Source of the DNA: the human T2T-CHM13v2.0 reference genome, Homo sapiens
Reading direction: 5' to 3' (one strand)
Assembly: GCF_009914755.1 (NCBI RefSeq)
Contig: NC_060927.1
DNA: 64,000 nt
Under the pieces are notes generated by a model, which was given only the letters and a program-made list of their open reading frames with translations, was not told the DNA's origin and did no database searches. Shown in pieces: positions 1-11,594 of this stretch. The position numbers were made by a program, and so were the translations under genes. The number at the start of each line of letters is the position of its first letter. The stretch's first letter is position 1.

Positions 1-24
1 TCGTTCTTCCTTGTGGACAGAGCC

Positions 25-145
25 TGTTTCACACTTTGGAGGCTGAAATGCCACATACTCATTTCCCATCCTCCTTTGCACCTAGAACAGAAACATGTGA
101 CCTGATCCTGCCAATGAGATGTGAGGGGAATGTCTAGGGAGGGTA
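25..145. mobile_element. Ancient ERVL LTR fragment (LTR16/LTR33-like)
   Basis: ctcatttcccatcctcctttgca...catgtgacc...gccaatgagatgtgag resembles the conserved core of old ERVL LTRs; heavily diverged. Confidence 0.4.
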
Positions 146-619
146 TACTTCCCTTTAAACGTTAAATTAAAAAATATTAAATAATAAGTAAATTAAAATA
201 ATAAAAAATATTTAAATATTCAAATGGTTATATACACACACACATGTATAAAACATATACTTTTTAAAAGACATAAATGGGAACTTTCATTGTTTTCTTC
301 ACTGGATACTGTCTTGTCTACATGTTCTGCCTGGAACTACCACACTCATACGGATTCTGTGCAAGAAAACATAACCTTTTACAGAATACTAGGTTGAAAG
401 ATGAAAACCATCCGGGCCTTGATTTTATTTTTTTTCTTTTCACACTTTTACATAGAGCCCAGCATCTAAGTACCCAAAGTGGTCTTCTAATTAGTCTGCA
501 AATTTCTTCTCTATTTCTCCAAATTACCTTATGTATTGCTGCTGTATAGCATTCCTCCAACTTGCCTTTATCATGTCTTAGTCCTGCTTAAACCCCTTTA
601 ACAGTTTTCGGTTTCCATA

Positions 620-1330
620 GTAATGGTCTCCAAATGGAGTGGAGTGACAGGATAACCCAATGAAGCATGTGAAGAAACTGCTAGAAACTGTTAAGTACGT
701 GAGAGAAATTAAACTTGCCCAATTTCTTACATATTGGTTGACAATGACTTTCTCACTTGGTTTAGTTATCTGATGGTCACCTATTACACAGGTGGGGAAT
801 CTTCACTGAAAATCAGTTGGCAAAGCTTCCTCACTTGTTCAATGGCTTTCAGAATATTTTGACATATGGAAGGTTGCCTGTGCCTAGTTAAGCAGATTGA
901 CAGATTATACAGTTTAATTATTTTCTAAACTAACTTTCAAAAGTGGCTTTAAGAGATTTTTGTTAAGGAATCATAGTTGAAGATAACATAGTTATGCAAG
1001 CAGCTTTCTGCTATTTAGGGAATGAGCTCTTTGTCAGCTTCATGATAAGACCTAAAAAACAATAACCTAATCATATTTGACATGAATCAGCCAAAAATAT
1101 CAGAATTATTAAGGAGAAAATTTAAAATATGGATTTATTTCCACTGTTATTAATTGTGACACTATCCCTTGGGAATAGAATGCCTTGAGATAAAAGTATA
1201 TGTGATATATACATGTAATATATATGTACATAATATACAAATGTATGTAATATATAAATATATGTATATTAGGGGCACAAGCTCAAAATTATGTTTCACT
1301 AGTAGGGATTTTAATGAGAAAATTAGACAC
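620..1330. mobile_element. hAT-Charlie DNA transposon remnant (MER113/Charlie4-like)
   Basis: The ends taatggtctccaaa... and ...gctcaaaattatgtttcactagtaggg...aaattagacact resemble MER113 termini as I recall them. Confidence 0.4.
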
Positions 1331-1421
1331 TTATGACCTATAGGACAATGTTTTCCTTCTTGCTACCTAGTGAAATTCTGCCCCTTCTTTAATATGTAAT
1401 TATTATAAATAAGTGCTTCCC

Positions 1422-1640
1422 TTTATTGAATGCTTAATTGTATGTCTGGCACTGTGCTAGGCTCTATGCATGATAACATTTATTTTGTTCAATACTCACA
1501 ACAACCCTGTAAGCTAAATATGACTCCCTCATTTTTACAGTTGAAGAAGCTGAAAATTGAAAAACTTGCCCAGAGCTATGTTGCTAATGAATTAAAGAGC
1601 TGGGGTTCAGGTGATGTTTAAACCTTAACTACTATACTGA
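1422..1640 (-). mobile_element. MIR SINE
   Basis: tttattgaatgctt...ggcactgtgctagg...cacaacaaccctg...tttacagttgaagaagctga...acttgcccagag is the reverse MIR core. Confidence 0.75.
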
Positions 1641-1904
1641 ACTATCTCTTTAGCTCATCTCAATTCCCATGTTCCTCTAGGACTGACAATCAATGGACAA
1701 ACAAAAGAAATACATATGTCTACTATTTATTTGGCACTTAATTTTATCCTTCCTTGTGACTTTTTTATTTCTGGATACCTGAATTTATTCATCAAAGCCA
1801 ATGTAATGTTATGGGAAAAAAGTTGATTTGCTTCCAGGTTGTCCTGGAATTTCATCGCAACCCTCACCCATAAACCTACTGCTTTGGGGAAAAAAAAAAA
1901 AACA

Positions 1905-2006
1905 ACTCTATAGTTCCCTTATATGTAGAATGGGTATAAAAGACATTCTTTAGATAAGTAAACACGTAGCACAGTGCTTGACACATGAGCAGTGAATTAA
2001 TGCTAT
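1905..2006 (+). mobile_element. MIR fragment
   Basis: tgtagaatgggtata...tagcacagtgcttgacacat matches the MIR 3' part. Confidence 0.45.
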
Positions 2007-3637
2007 TTTCTCACCTGGTGGGTATATTTCATCTCCAACCGCATTGCAAATTCCTTGAGAGCAAAGTGTGGATGTTTTACTATTTCGTTTCCTTCACTAT
2101 ATTATGTACATAGTACATGCACTGTATGGCTAGCCCTTAGATTCCTCAAATATCTGTCAGTTTGTTTTGTTGAGGGGTTTGTTATGTTAAGCAGAACAAA
2201 ACATATTTGCTTAGGTTTTGTTTCTTTATAATATACCAGCACACAATCATAGTTTTCAAGATTTTTCATAAAAATTTTATCTAAGTTTTTTTTATAATAC
2301 CATAGACAATATTTCTAAGACAGAAAGCACACAATTATAATTGAACACTCTGAAGTTGAGTAACTAAAGTAGCTGCTTTGAAATAAAGACAGCCTATTTA
2401 CTTTGCCACTGTGGGATTGTCCTGCTATAATTGTGAGTGCCATTGATATACTGTAGGTGTCTTGAACTTGTGCCCACTCCTGTCTGGGTAATTTTTAGTC
2501 AATATCCTGGGTTCATATCATGCTTGCGAAGTATTGAAGTTAAATTCAATTTACCACCACCAACAACAAAACAGTTTTATTATGGCATTGACAAAGGGCA
2601 AAGCTGCTTATTCTGATATTTAAAAATAGTGATCTCAGTCTTCAAACTCTTCAAAGGATAGATTTGAAATATGATATTAATCTCAAATTAATCTTTCCCA
2701 TTATGCTGTTATAGCTGTATCAAACCAGGAGACCCCATCTTGGAAAAAAAAAGAGAATTCAATGGCTGTAGGGAATCACAGTCCAGGCCCTCTGCTAATA
2801 TAACAATTTCAGGCTGAAGTTAGGAACTGGTATCAGCAGCAAGACTGAAAGTTCATCCTAAAAAAGAACCTCATATTCTAAATGAATAGACTTCCATTCA
2901 AGGTCAAATTTATATTTTAAAGAATCACTGTACAAAATAGCACTCAGCACCCAGAAAAGTCTATGAGCTTAGACATCTCCTAAGCTTGCAGTTTGATTCA
3001 GTAATATATATCATGGCTTTAGCTTGAAAATTGTGAGCAGTTTCTTTGACTCTCTAAGAACTACATGTTAAGTTCTATGAAAGAGAACAAGTAAGCAGAC
3101 CCCAGGTGTTTTGAGGCAAGGACTGATTTGAGGGCATTATATAATTTTAATATAGTTTCTTTGGAAATTGTATGCTTCACAAATACTCTTTTATACTGGT
3201 GATTGTAGGACAAGAGTAATCAATGTCGCAGTGGGTATCTCTAAAGTTATACAAGGATTTACTTCCTTTCCTGAGATTTCCGTGTAACACAGAGTTCCCC
3301 TTTCCCACTCAAAGACATATCTGTCAATCTTGGAGGTTTGTGGGAGAAATTTGTGGGAGTCAGAAAAAGTCAAGCGTCAGGAAACTAACATTTTCTGTTC
3401 TTTGGACTGGTAAGGACATCTCCTACTTATGAGCAGCTTTTTCTCTTCATTAGTCTTGTAAAACATAAGTAAACCACAGCAGTTTGATGTCTGAGATGGA
3501 CCTTGGTAGAATAATTCAGTAGTTGAACTTACTAGCAACATTTTATTTTCATCAATGTCCATACTTAATGTATCCTCTCTTTAGAGAGAGAGAATCATCA
3601 TCTTTCCTTTTTGTTAGAAGAGTTAAACATAATAGAA

Positions 3638-3641
<4 letters not shown>

Positions 3642-3684
<43 letters not shown>

Positions 3685-3696
3685 AGAGAGAGAGAG
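3642..3696. repeat. (TG)21 microsatellite followed by (GA)n
   Basis: Read directly from the sequence. Confidence 0.97.
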
Positions 3697-3816
3697 GGAG
3701 AAAAAATTCCACTGAAGAATAGAGCTCCTACCAGGGGTTCATCTATTACTAGCTATTCCGGGACCACCACCAAAGAATCAAATATTCTCCCTCATGTTGC
3801 AGAAAATCAGAATGAT

Positions 3817-4007
3817 TTAATAATAATATCTAACTTAATATTATTATTAATAATAATAATATCTAACTTAATATTATTATTAATAATAATATCTAACTTA
3901 ATATTATTATTAATAATAATATCTAACTTAATATAATATTAATAATAATATGTAACTTAATAATATATAATCTAACTTAATAATATCTAACTTAATATCT
4001 AACTTAA
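3817..4007. repeat. AT-rich minisatellite, ~30-bp unit (22-bp palindrome + ctaactta), units shortening 3'-ward
   Basis: (c/g)taacttaa anchors at 3830, 3863, 3893, 3923, 3952, 3972, 3987 and 3999. Confidence 0.93.
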
Positions 4008-4884
4008 AACTCCCTTAATAGGGAGTTTTATGTCTCCTGCTCTTAGGTAGTTAATTTTAAAATAATTGCTCTGGTGGTCCCAGATTTAGAACCATACACA
4101 GAGTACCAGCTCCTCTTCTAGTCAAAGCTTCCTGAGAGTGGGCTGGCAAAGTTGGAATATAGCTACCCTGTTAAGTGCTTGTTTTCCCTATTGTATATTC
4201 TGCTTGATGGCTACATTTCAGCTGTTAATTTTCTCTAGGGAAAAGCAGCAAGCAAAGAATATGAATAAATAAATGCTCAACATCTTGCATGCCCAGGATT
4301 CATTATAATTTCTTGCAATGAGAATGATAGATATTTTGCAATCTTTATTTAGGGAGATCTTGCATCACTTGGCATAATCATATGCTAAAACTGATAGTTG
4401 AAGTTGTGTCTATTCCTCCTCCTAGGGTATGGACTTATACGCTAACTTAAATAATAATAGAGCATTTTATAAATTGATCATAAAAATATGATTCTCTAAA
4501 TGAAATCCACTACTCATGTACTCCAAGAAAATTTACATAAAATTAAATACAATAATGTTTATCGCTTTATCTTTTATCTAATAATTACTTTTGGTTTTAT
4601 ATTTTCTCTACTGATCACATTATATGCCATAGCTTTAATCTTAAACATTTTATATTAAATATTTAAAATTTAATTTCCTTCCCCTAGTTTATTTGAAATA
4701 TTTTAATTTACAGATCCCCAAATTCTCATTAAAGAATTAAACCCTTTTGATTGCAGATTTCCCAATGTGTAAAGATTATAGTCATCTGTTTTTATTATTT
4801 ATTGACCAAAATTTATAATACATTTCAAATATATTTATTATATAATAGATTTTAAAAAGCAGTGTGTTTTAATGAGGGAAATTT

Positions 4885-5005
4885 GACTTCAGCATTTGAA
4901 CAAGCCTGTGCTAGAATCCTAGTTCTCTCCCTCAAAATGTTTACTTGTGATTTGAGGCAACACATGTAAACTCTCTGATGCCCTATTTTCTCATAATCAT
5001 AATTA
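4885..5005 (+). mobile_element. MIR fragment
   Basis: gaatcctagttct...tgtgatttgaggcaa...aactctctgatgccctattttctcat. Confidence 0.5.
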
Positions 5006-5084
5006 GATACAGATATCTTTATTCTTTCTTTTCTTTTTAATATTATAAATTCCCTTTACTATATTCAAAAGCAAACAGGGGGAT

Positions 5085-5149
5085 AATGAAATATAGAATC
5101 AGAAGACCCAGATTCAAGTCCAAGTTTTGGTATGCTCTAGATAGATGAT
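5085..5149 (+). mobile_element. MIR 5' part (interrupted by MER21)
   Basis: gaatcagaagacccagattcaagtcc; the element continues at 7695. Confidence 0.55.
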
Positions 5150-7694
5150 TGTGCAGAAGAGTTAACAGCAGGCAGGCAGGAGAAAGAAATAAAGGGTATT
5201 CAATTAGGAAAAGAGGAAGTCAAATTGTCCGTGTTTGCAGATGACATGATTGTATATATAGAAAACCCCATCATCTCAGCCAAAATCTCCTTAAGCTCAT
5301 AAGCAACTCCAGCAAAGTCTCAGAATACAAAATCAATGTGCAAAAATCACAAGCATTCCTACACACCAATAACAGACAAACAGAGAGCCAAATCATGAGT
5401 GAACTCCCATTCACAACTGCTTCAAAGGGAATAAAATACCTAGGAAACAAACTTACAAGGGATATGAAGGACCTCTTCAAGGAGAACTACAAACCACTGC
5501 TCAAGGAAATAAGAGAGGACACAAACAAATGGAAAAACATTCCATGCTCATGGATAGGAAGAAACAATATCATGAAAATGGCCATACTGCCCAAGGTAGT
5601 TTATAGATTCAATGACATCCCCATCAAGCTACCAATGACTTTCTTTGCAGAATTGGAAAAAACTACTTTAAAGTTCACATGGAACCAAAAAAGAGCCTGC
5701 ATTGCCAAGACAATCCTAAGCCAAAAGAACAGAGCTGGAGGCATCACACTACCTGACTTCAAACTATACTACAAGGCTACAGTAACCAAAACAGCATGCT
5801 ACTGGTACCAAAACAGAGATATAGACCAATGGAACAGAACAGAGCCCTAAGAAATAACACCACAAGTCTATAACCATCTGATCTTTGAGAATCCTGACAA
5901 AAACAAGCAATGGGGAAAGGATTTCCTATTTAATAAATGGTGCTGGGAAAACTGGCTAGCCATATGTAGAAAGCTGAAACTGGATCCCTTCCTTACACCT
6001 TATACAAAAATTAATTCAAGATGGATTAAAGACTTAAATGTTAGACCTAAAATCATAAAAAACCCTAGAAGAAAACCTAGACAGTACCATTCAGGACATA
6101 GGCATGGGCAAGGACTTCATGACTAAAACACCAAAAGCAATGGCAACAAAAGCCAAAATTGACAAATGGGATCTAATTAAACTAAAGAGCTTCTGCACAG
6201 CAAAAGAAACTACCATCAGAGTCAACATGCAACCTACAGAATGGGAGAATATTTTTACAATCTACCCATCTGACAAAGGGCTAATATCCAGAATCTACAA
6301 AGAACTTAAACAAATTTACAAGAAAAAATCAAACAACCCCATCAGCAAGTGGGCGAAGGATATGAACAGATACTTCTGAAAAGAAGACATTTATGCAGCC
6401 AACAGACACATGAAAAAATGTTCATCGTCACTGGCCATCAGAGAAATGCAAATCAAAACCACAACGAGATACCATCTCACACCAGTTAGAATGGCGATCA
6501 TTAAAAAGTCAGGAAACAACAGGTGCTGGAGAGGATGTGGAGAAATAGGAACACTTTTACACCGTTGGTGGGACTGCAAACTAGTTCAACCATTGTAGAA
6601 GACAGTGTGGCAATTCTTCAAGGATCTAGAACTGGAAATACCATTTGACCCAGCCATCCCATTACTGGGTATATACCCAAAGGATTATAAATCATGCTGC
6701 TATAAAGACACATGCACACACATGTTTATTGTGGCACTATTCACAATAGCAAAGACTTGGAACCAACCCAAATGTCCATCAATGATAGACTGGATTAAGA
6801 AAATGTGGCACATATACACCATGGAATACTATGCAGCCATAAAAAATGATGAGTTCATGTCCTTTGTAGGGACATGGATGAAGCTGGAAACCATCATTTT
6901 GGGCAAACAGAAAACCAAACACTGCATATTCTCACTCATAGGTGGGGATTGAACAATGAGAACACTTGGACACAGGGTGGGGAACATCACACACTGAGGC
7001 CTGTCGTGGGTTGGGGGGAGGGGGGAGGGATAGCATTAGGAGATATACCTAATGTAAATGATGAGTTAATGGGTGCAGCACACCAACATGGCACATGTAT
7101 ACATATGTAACAAACCTGCATGTTGTGCACGTGTATCATAGAACTAAAGTATATATATATATATATAAAAAGCAGGCTATCCTTAGAAAGCCCTGCTTGA
7201 AATGTTGGCCTTTGGCTGGAATATGGGAACTTGGATTTTTGGAAGGTTACTACTACCTTAACTGATAAGAGTAGTTCACTGTACCTAAATTGTTGGGACA
7301 AACAATATGATTTATGCTGTATGCCTGCCTTCCTTCAGGGAACATGGGATTTTATTGTGTGTTAGGTATATGGTGCTTATGTAAACAGCTCCCAGTAAAA
7401 CCTCTGGACATTGAATATCTAATGAGCTCCCTGGAAGACAACATTCCATACCTGTTGTCACGATTCATTATTGGGGGACTTAAATGCATACTGCATTATT
7501 CCACTGGGAGAGGACTCTTGGAAGCTTGCACCTGGTCTCCTCCTGATTTTGCCCCTTGCACCTTTTACTTAGCTGATTTTGCTTGTATTGTTTCACTGTA
7601 AGAAATCATAGTACAACTACATCAGCATATAGTTGAATCTTGTGAGTCCTCTTGGTGAATAATCAAAGCTAGGGTCATTTGGTGGACCCCAACA
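5150..7694. mobile_element. MER21-family solo LTR, split by an L1PA insertion (pieces 5150-5173 and 7171-7694)
   Basis: tgtgcagaagagttaacagcaggc / ctatccttagaaagccctgcttgaaatgttggcctttggctgg...ccccaaca matches MER21; TG...CA termini. Confidence 0.8.
5174..7170 (+). mobile_element. 5'-truncated LINE-1, L1PA5-like (ORF2 from RT core to end, plus 3' UTR)
   Basis: FADD codons at 5234-5245; ORF2 pieces 5338-5850, 6104-6379, 6410-6598 and 6605-6952 are broken by stops and frameshifts; G-rich 3' UTR; TSD agcaggc at 5167-5173 and 7171-7177. Confidence 0.97.
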
Positions 7695-7850
7695 TAGTGA
7701 TCTTGAATGAGTTAATAAGCCTTTCTGAGTCTGTTCCCTCTTCTGTAAAATATGCATAATGCTGAAAACACCTGTCTCTCAGGGTGGCTGTGTAATTAAA
7801 ATGTGATTTTGTATATCAGGCTAAGTGCCATACATATGTGAGTCATTGTC
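7695..7850 (+). mobile_element. MIR 3' part (continuation of 5085-5149)
   Basis: gtgatcttgaatgagtta...cctttctgagtctgttccctcttctgtaaaat...ctcagggtggctgtg. Confidence 0.65.
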
Positions 7851-8199
7851 ATCATGTTTATTGTTGTTACTATTTTCACCATCATCACCATATCCCTCTT
7901 TCTGGTGCTTTGGGATATAGTTTCTTGATGGAATAAGTGGGGATGGGAGAGGCATCCAAGTCACTCCCCTTCTTCAGCTTGGCCCTGCTATGATTCCATA
8001 ATTAGCCCACAAGAGACCATGGAAGAGCCAGAAGGATTTGCACATGCAGTGACCAATTCTGTCCCAGTAGCATCTAGGACTGTGAGGCAGACCCTGTTTT
8101 TTTTGGCCTGCTTTAAAGGCAACCAAGAATATTGTTTTTTTCCACCAATCAAAACCCTGATTTTTTCATGGTGAAAGAAAGATTGCATAGTCTCAGTAA

Positions 8200-8550
8200 G
8201 CACAGGTTTCTATCCCAGGCCAGAGGATGAATCCTAGTTGGTCAAAACAAATCAGGATAAAATAATCTTCTTCCCCTTGACCACTGATGGTTTAAGATTG
8301 GGCAAGTGACAATGTTCTGGTTAATGAGATTGGAGACTAAGACTGATAGGGAGTATTTTCCTTCTTATATAAGAAGACAAAACCTCAAGAGGCAAAGACT
8401 TTTTCCACTTGACTATTCCCTCCCTCTTGTCAAGAATATAAATGTGATGCCTGGAGGTGCAGTGGTCATTTTTTGTCCACGAGGACATAAGCCAACAGGA
8501 TATTAGAGCAGAAGGGCAGAAAGAACTTTGTCCTTAATAGCATTATGCCC
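8200..8550. mobile_element. Ancient ERVL LTR fragment (LTR16/LTR33-like)
   Basis: gggcaagtgacaatgttctggttaatgagat and gtgatgcctggaggtgcagtggtcattt motifs. Confidence 0.5.
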
Positions 8551-9844
8551 CAGCAAAGTATTTCCTTGTTAAGACACAGTGTCTAGCACACGATAGGCAC
8601 TCCAATAAAAAAAAAACTTTAAAAATATTGTTTATTGATATTGGATATACAAAAGAATATTTACAATAGATCAGTAATATGTAAAGCCTGTTGATAGATA
8701 TCCCTGGGAATCAAAGAAAGTATTAAATCCAAAGTAAATATTTGCTTACATGGTTATTGGAGCCTTGATGTAAAACTGTCCTTGTACTCTCAATCCTCAA
8801 ATCCTCTTGTTGGATTACTACAAGGAAAATGAGCACTTTCACAGCAAGAGTAACAAAGCGTAGTCTGAATATAGCTTTTAATAGAAATGCCTTATTCTGT
8901 TTATACCATTTCTGGTTGTAAAACACTATTACCATTGAGTGTTTGGGGTCATTTTGTTTGAGGCAGAAATTAAATAGTGATGACAGAATGCACTGTTTTT
9001 TTCTTTGCAAAAACTGAGGAGAGATCACGTGGTGTCTATTATAAGAAAGTTTAGGTGACTCACTTCAAACTTGTATCTTCAGTAGCTGCAGTAAACACCT
9101 GCTGTCATATTTGACACTGCTTGTTAATAAGTGGAAAATTTTGAAAGCTTCTGTATCTTAGCATAACTGCTTAGCTGGCTTAGAATTCATGAATAATTGA
9201 TGACAACTTTGAGTTGAGACATATTGATGGTGTACACCAGTGTAGTTGGCTTTACACTATATTCATTCCAAAGTATTTGTCTTAGTGTCTGATTACCTTC
9301 TGAAGAACTCAATTGCCACTTTTTTTTCACTAAATTGATTGATTAATGGCTAACTGCGAGCTACATTTTCCAATGGAATCCCAAGTGTCTTTTAGGAATT
9401 CTGCTGAAGCATATAACAGGGAGTTTATGAGATATACACCCTTTATTTCCAGAAACATCATCTTTTGACAGAAACATTAAACCAATGGCCAAGGGACAGT
9501 CAGTATTGCCTAAAGTCATTATTGGTGATGCCGGCATTTCCAATGTAAATGTGATTATGTTTCTTTTTGTCTAGGTCTCTTTCATCTTTGAATTTCTCTC
9601 CCTTGCCCTTTTTCTTTGGCCAGTGTTTGCATATTGTGGCAGTTAAGAGTAAAGAGGTGGCTTGTTCCTATATTATAGTTGAAGTCATTCAGCATTGGCA
9701 AACATGAGTAGTAGGTACTAAAAGTTAGTTGTGGGTGTAAAATGCTCTGAAGAGTTACAAGTGCCAAGGAAGATAGAATTGGAGATGTTACTCTTTTAAA
9801 GAAGACAGTTTTGTACTTGAAGCCAATTCCTCATTACATTTTTA

Positions 9845-10832
9845 AAATAAGCTTTTTATTTTAGAATTGCTTTAGATTTACAGAAAAATTGGGAAGACAG
9901 TACAGAGTTCCCAAATATCTCACACTCGATTTTCCCTACTATTAAAATCTTACATTAATATGGTATATTTATCACAATTAATGAACCAATAATGGTATAT
10001 TTTTATTAAATAAAATTCATACTTTATTCATGTTTCATATTTTATTCATTTTTTTAGTTTTAATATTAACTAAAGGTTCTTTTTCGGTTCCAGGATGTCA
10101 TATAGGATACCTCATTACCTTTAGTATTAATAATTATGCCTCCTTTGGCTCCTCTTTACTGTGAGTGTTTTCAAATTTTTCTTGCTTTTGATGACTTTGA
10201 CAATTTCAAGGACTTCTGGTTAGGTATTTTGTAGAATGTCCATCAATGGGGATTTGGCTGAAGATTTTCTCATGAGTAGATTGGAGTTATGAGTTTTGGG
10301 AGGAAGACCACAGAGGCACAGTGTGATTCTTCTCACATTATATCAAGGGTATATACTTGTAGTATGGCTTTTTGCTGTTGACATTAGCCTTGATCACCTT
10401 GATAAAGGGAGGTTTGTCAAGTTTCCATTGTAAAATTATTATTTTTTCCTTCTTTCCTTACTGTACTCCGCAGAAGCAAGTCACTATGCCCAGCCTACTC
10501 TTGAGGAATGGTCAGTTGTGCTCTACCTCCTTGAAGGTAGATTATCTAAATAAATTACTTGGAATTGTTCTGTACATAGGATTTGTTCTTTCTCCTCCAT
10601 ATATTTATGTATTCATTTATTTATTCATATAAAACCATAGATTTTTGTTTCATATTTTACATTATAATGTATATATATACATTATATAATATAATTTTAT
10701 ATTATTTTATTTTGTTGCTCAAATTGTTCTATCTTTGGTCATTGAGAGCTTTTTCAGTTGGTTCCCATGTTCCTTTGACAGACCTCCATTACTGGGGGTG
10801 TTTTGAGCACTGCTTCTAATTTGTAGCACTAA
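9845..10832 (-). mobile_element. L1MD-type LINE-1 3' UTR (left of LTR1)
   Basis: tttagatttacagaaaaattg...cagagttccca...cacaattaatgaaccaat is the reverse of an L1MD 3' end. Confidence 0.8.
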
Positions 10833-11594
10833 TGATATGGACAGGAGACAGGGAAATACTGGGTAGAAGAGAGCGATTAACCACCAAAGACCCCACCCTC
10901 AAGCCTGGAAACTTGTGGCCCTAAATAAGAACAGGCATTCCTGTTTTCACACTGAAAAGTTGCCTTTTGACCTGTCACACCTCCCTATCCCATACCTGTA
11001 TAAACCCCAAGCCCCCAGTTCCATAAGGAGACGAACAGAATAGCAGAAGAATGGCAGAATTGCGGGCCAGAGAAAGAGAGAAGAGAAGGAGTGTCTGAAC
11101 ACCAAGAGGAGTTTGGCTTGGGATGGTTGGAGAGGAGATTGGCCACTGGATGGTCAAACTCCAGGGCAAGATCATCTTCCCACTCCATCCCCCTTCCAGT
11201 TCCCCATCCATCCCACTGACAGCCACCTCCACCACTCAATGAAACCCCTGCATTCACCATCCTTCAAGTCTGCATGCAACCTGATTCTTCCTGGACACCA
11301 GACAAGGACCTGGGTATGAAGAGGGCACTGAGCTGGTTAACACTTAAGCTATCTGCAGACAACAAGGCTAAAAGAATGCACTCTAACACGTGCCCATGTG
11401 GGCTTCAGGAGTCACAGACACCCACCTCTGGATGCTGCCATGGGGCCAGAGCCAAGGGCACACTCCCTGGTTCCTGCACCTGCCCATCTGATTGCTCCCC
11501 CTCCTGTAATGGGTTTGAGTGTGAACGGCTGAACAGAGGAGCCACACCCCTGTCGCAAGTCCTGCAAGGGGAGTCAGAGAACTCTGCCGTTTCA
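10833..11594 (+). mobile_element. LTR1-family solo LTR (ERV1)
   Basis: Starts tgatatggacaggagacagggaaatactgggtagaagag and ends gaactctgccgtttca; tataaa at 10999-11004. Confidence 0.88.

Noticed and set aside
3523-3936. 137-aa ORF with CVCV and LIIISNLILL repeats
   Set aside because: Artefact of reading through the (TG)n tract and the minisatellite
3817-4007. Palindromic repeats with spacers resembling a CRISPR array
   Set aside because: Spacers are identical 8-mers, the context is primate and there are no cas genes; it is a minisatellite
5338-6952. Longest ORFs as a functional reverse transcriptase gene
   Set aside because: 5'-truncated L1 lacking promoter, ORF1 and endonuclease, with stops and frameshifts
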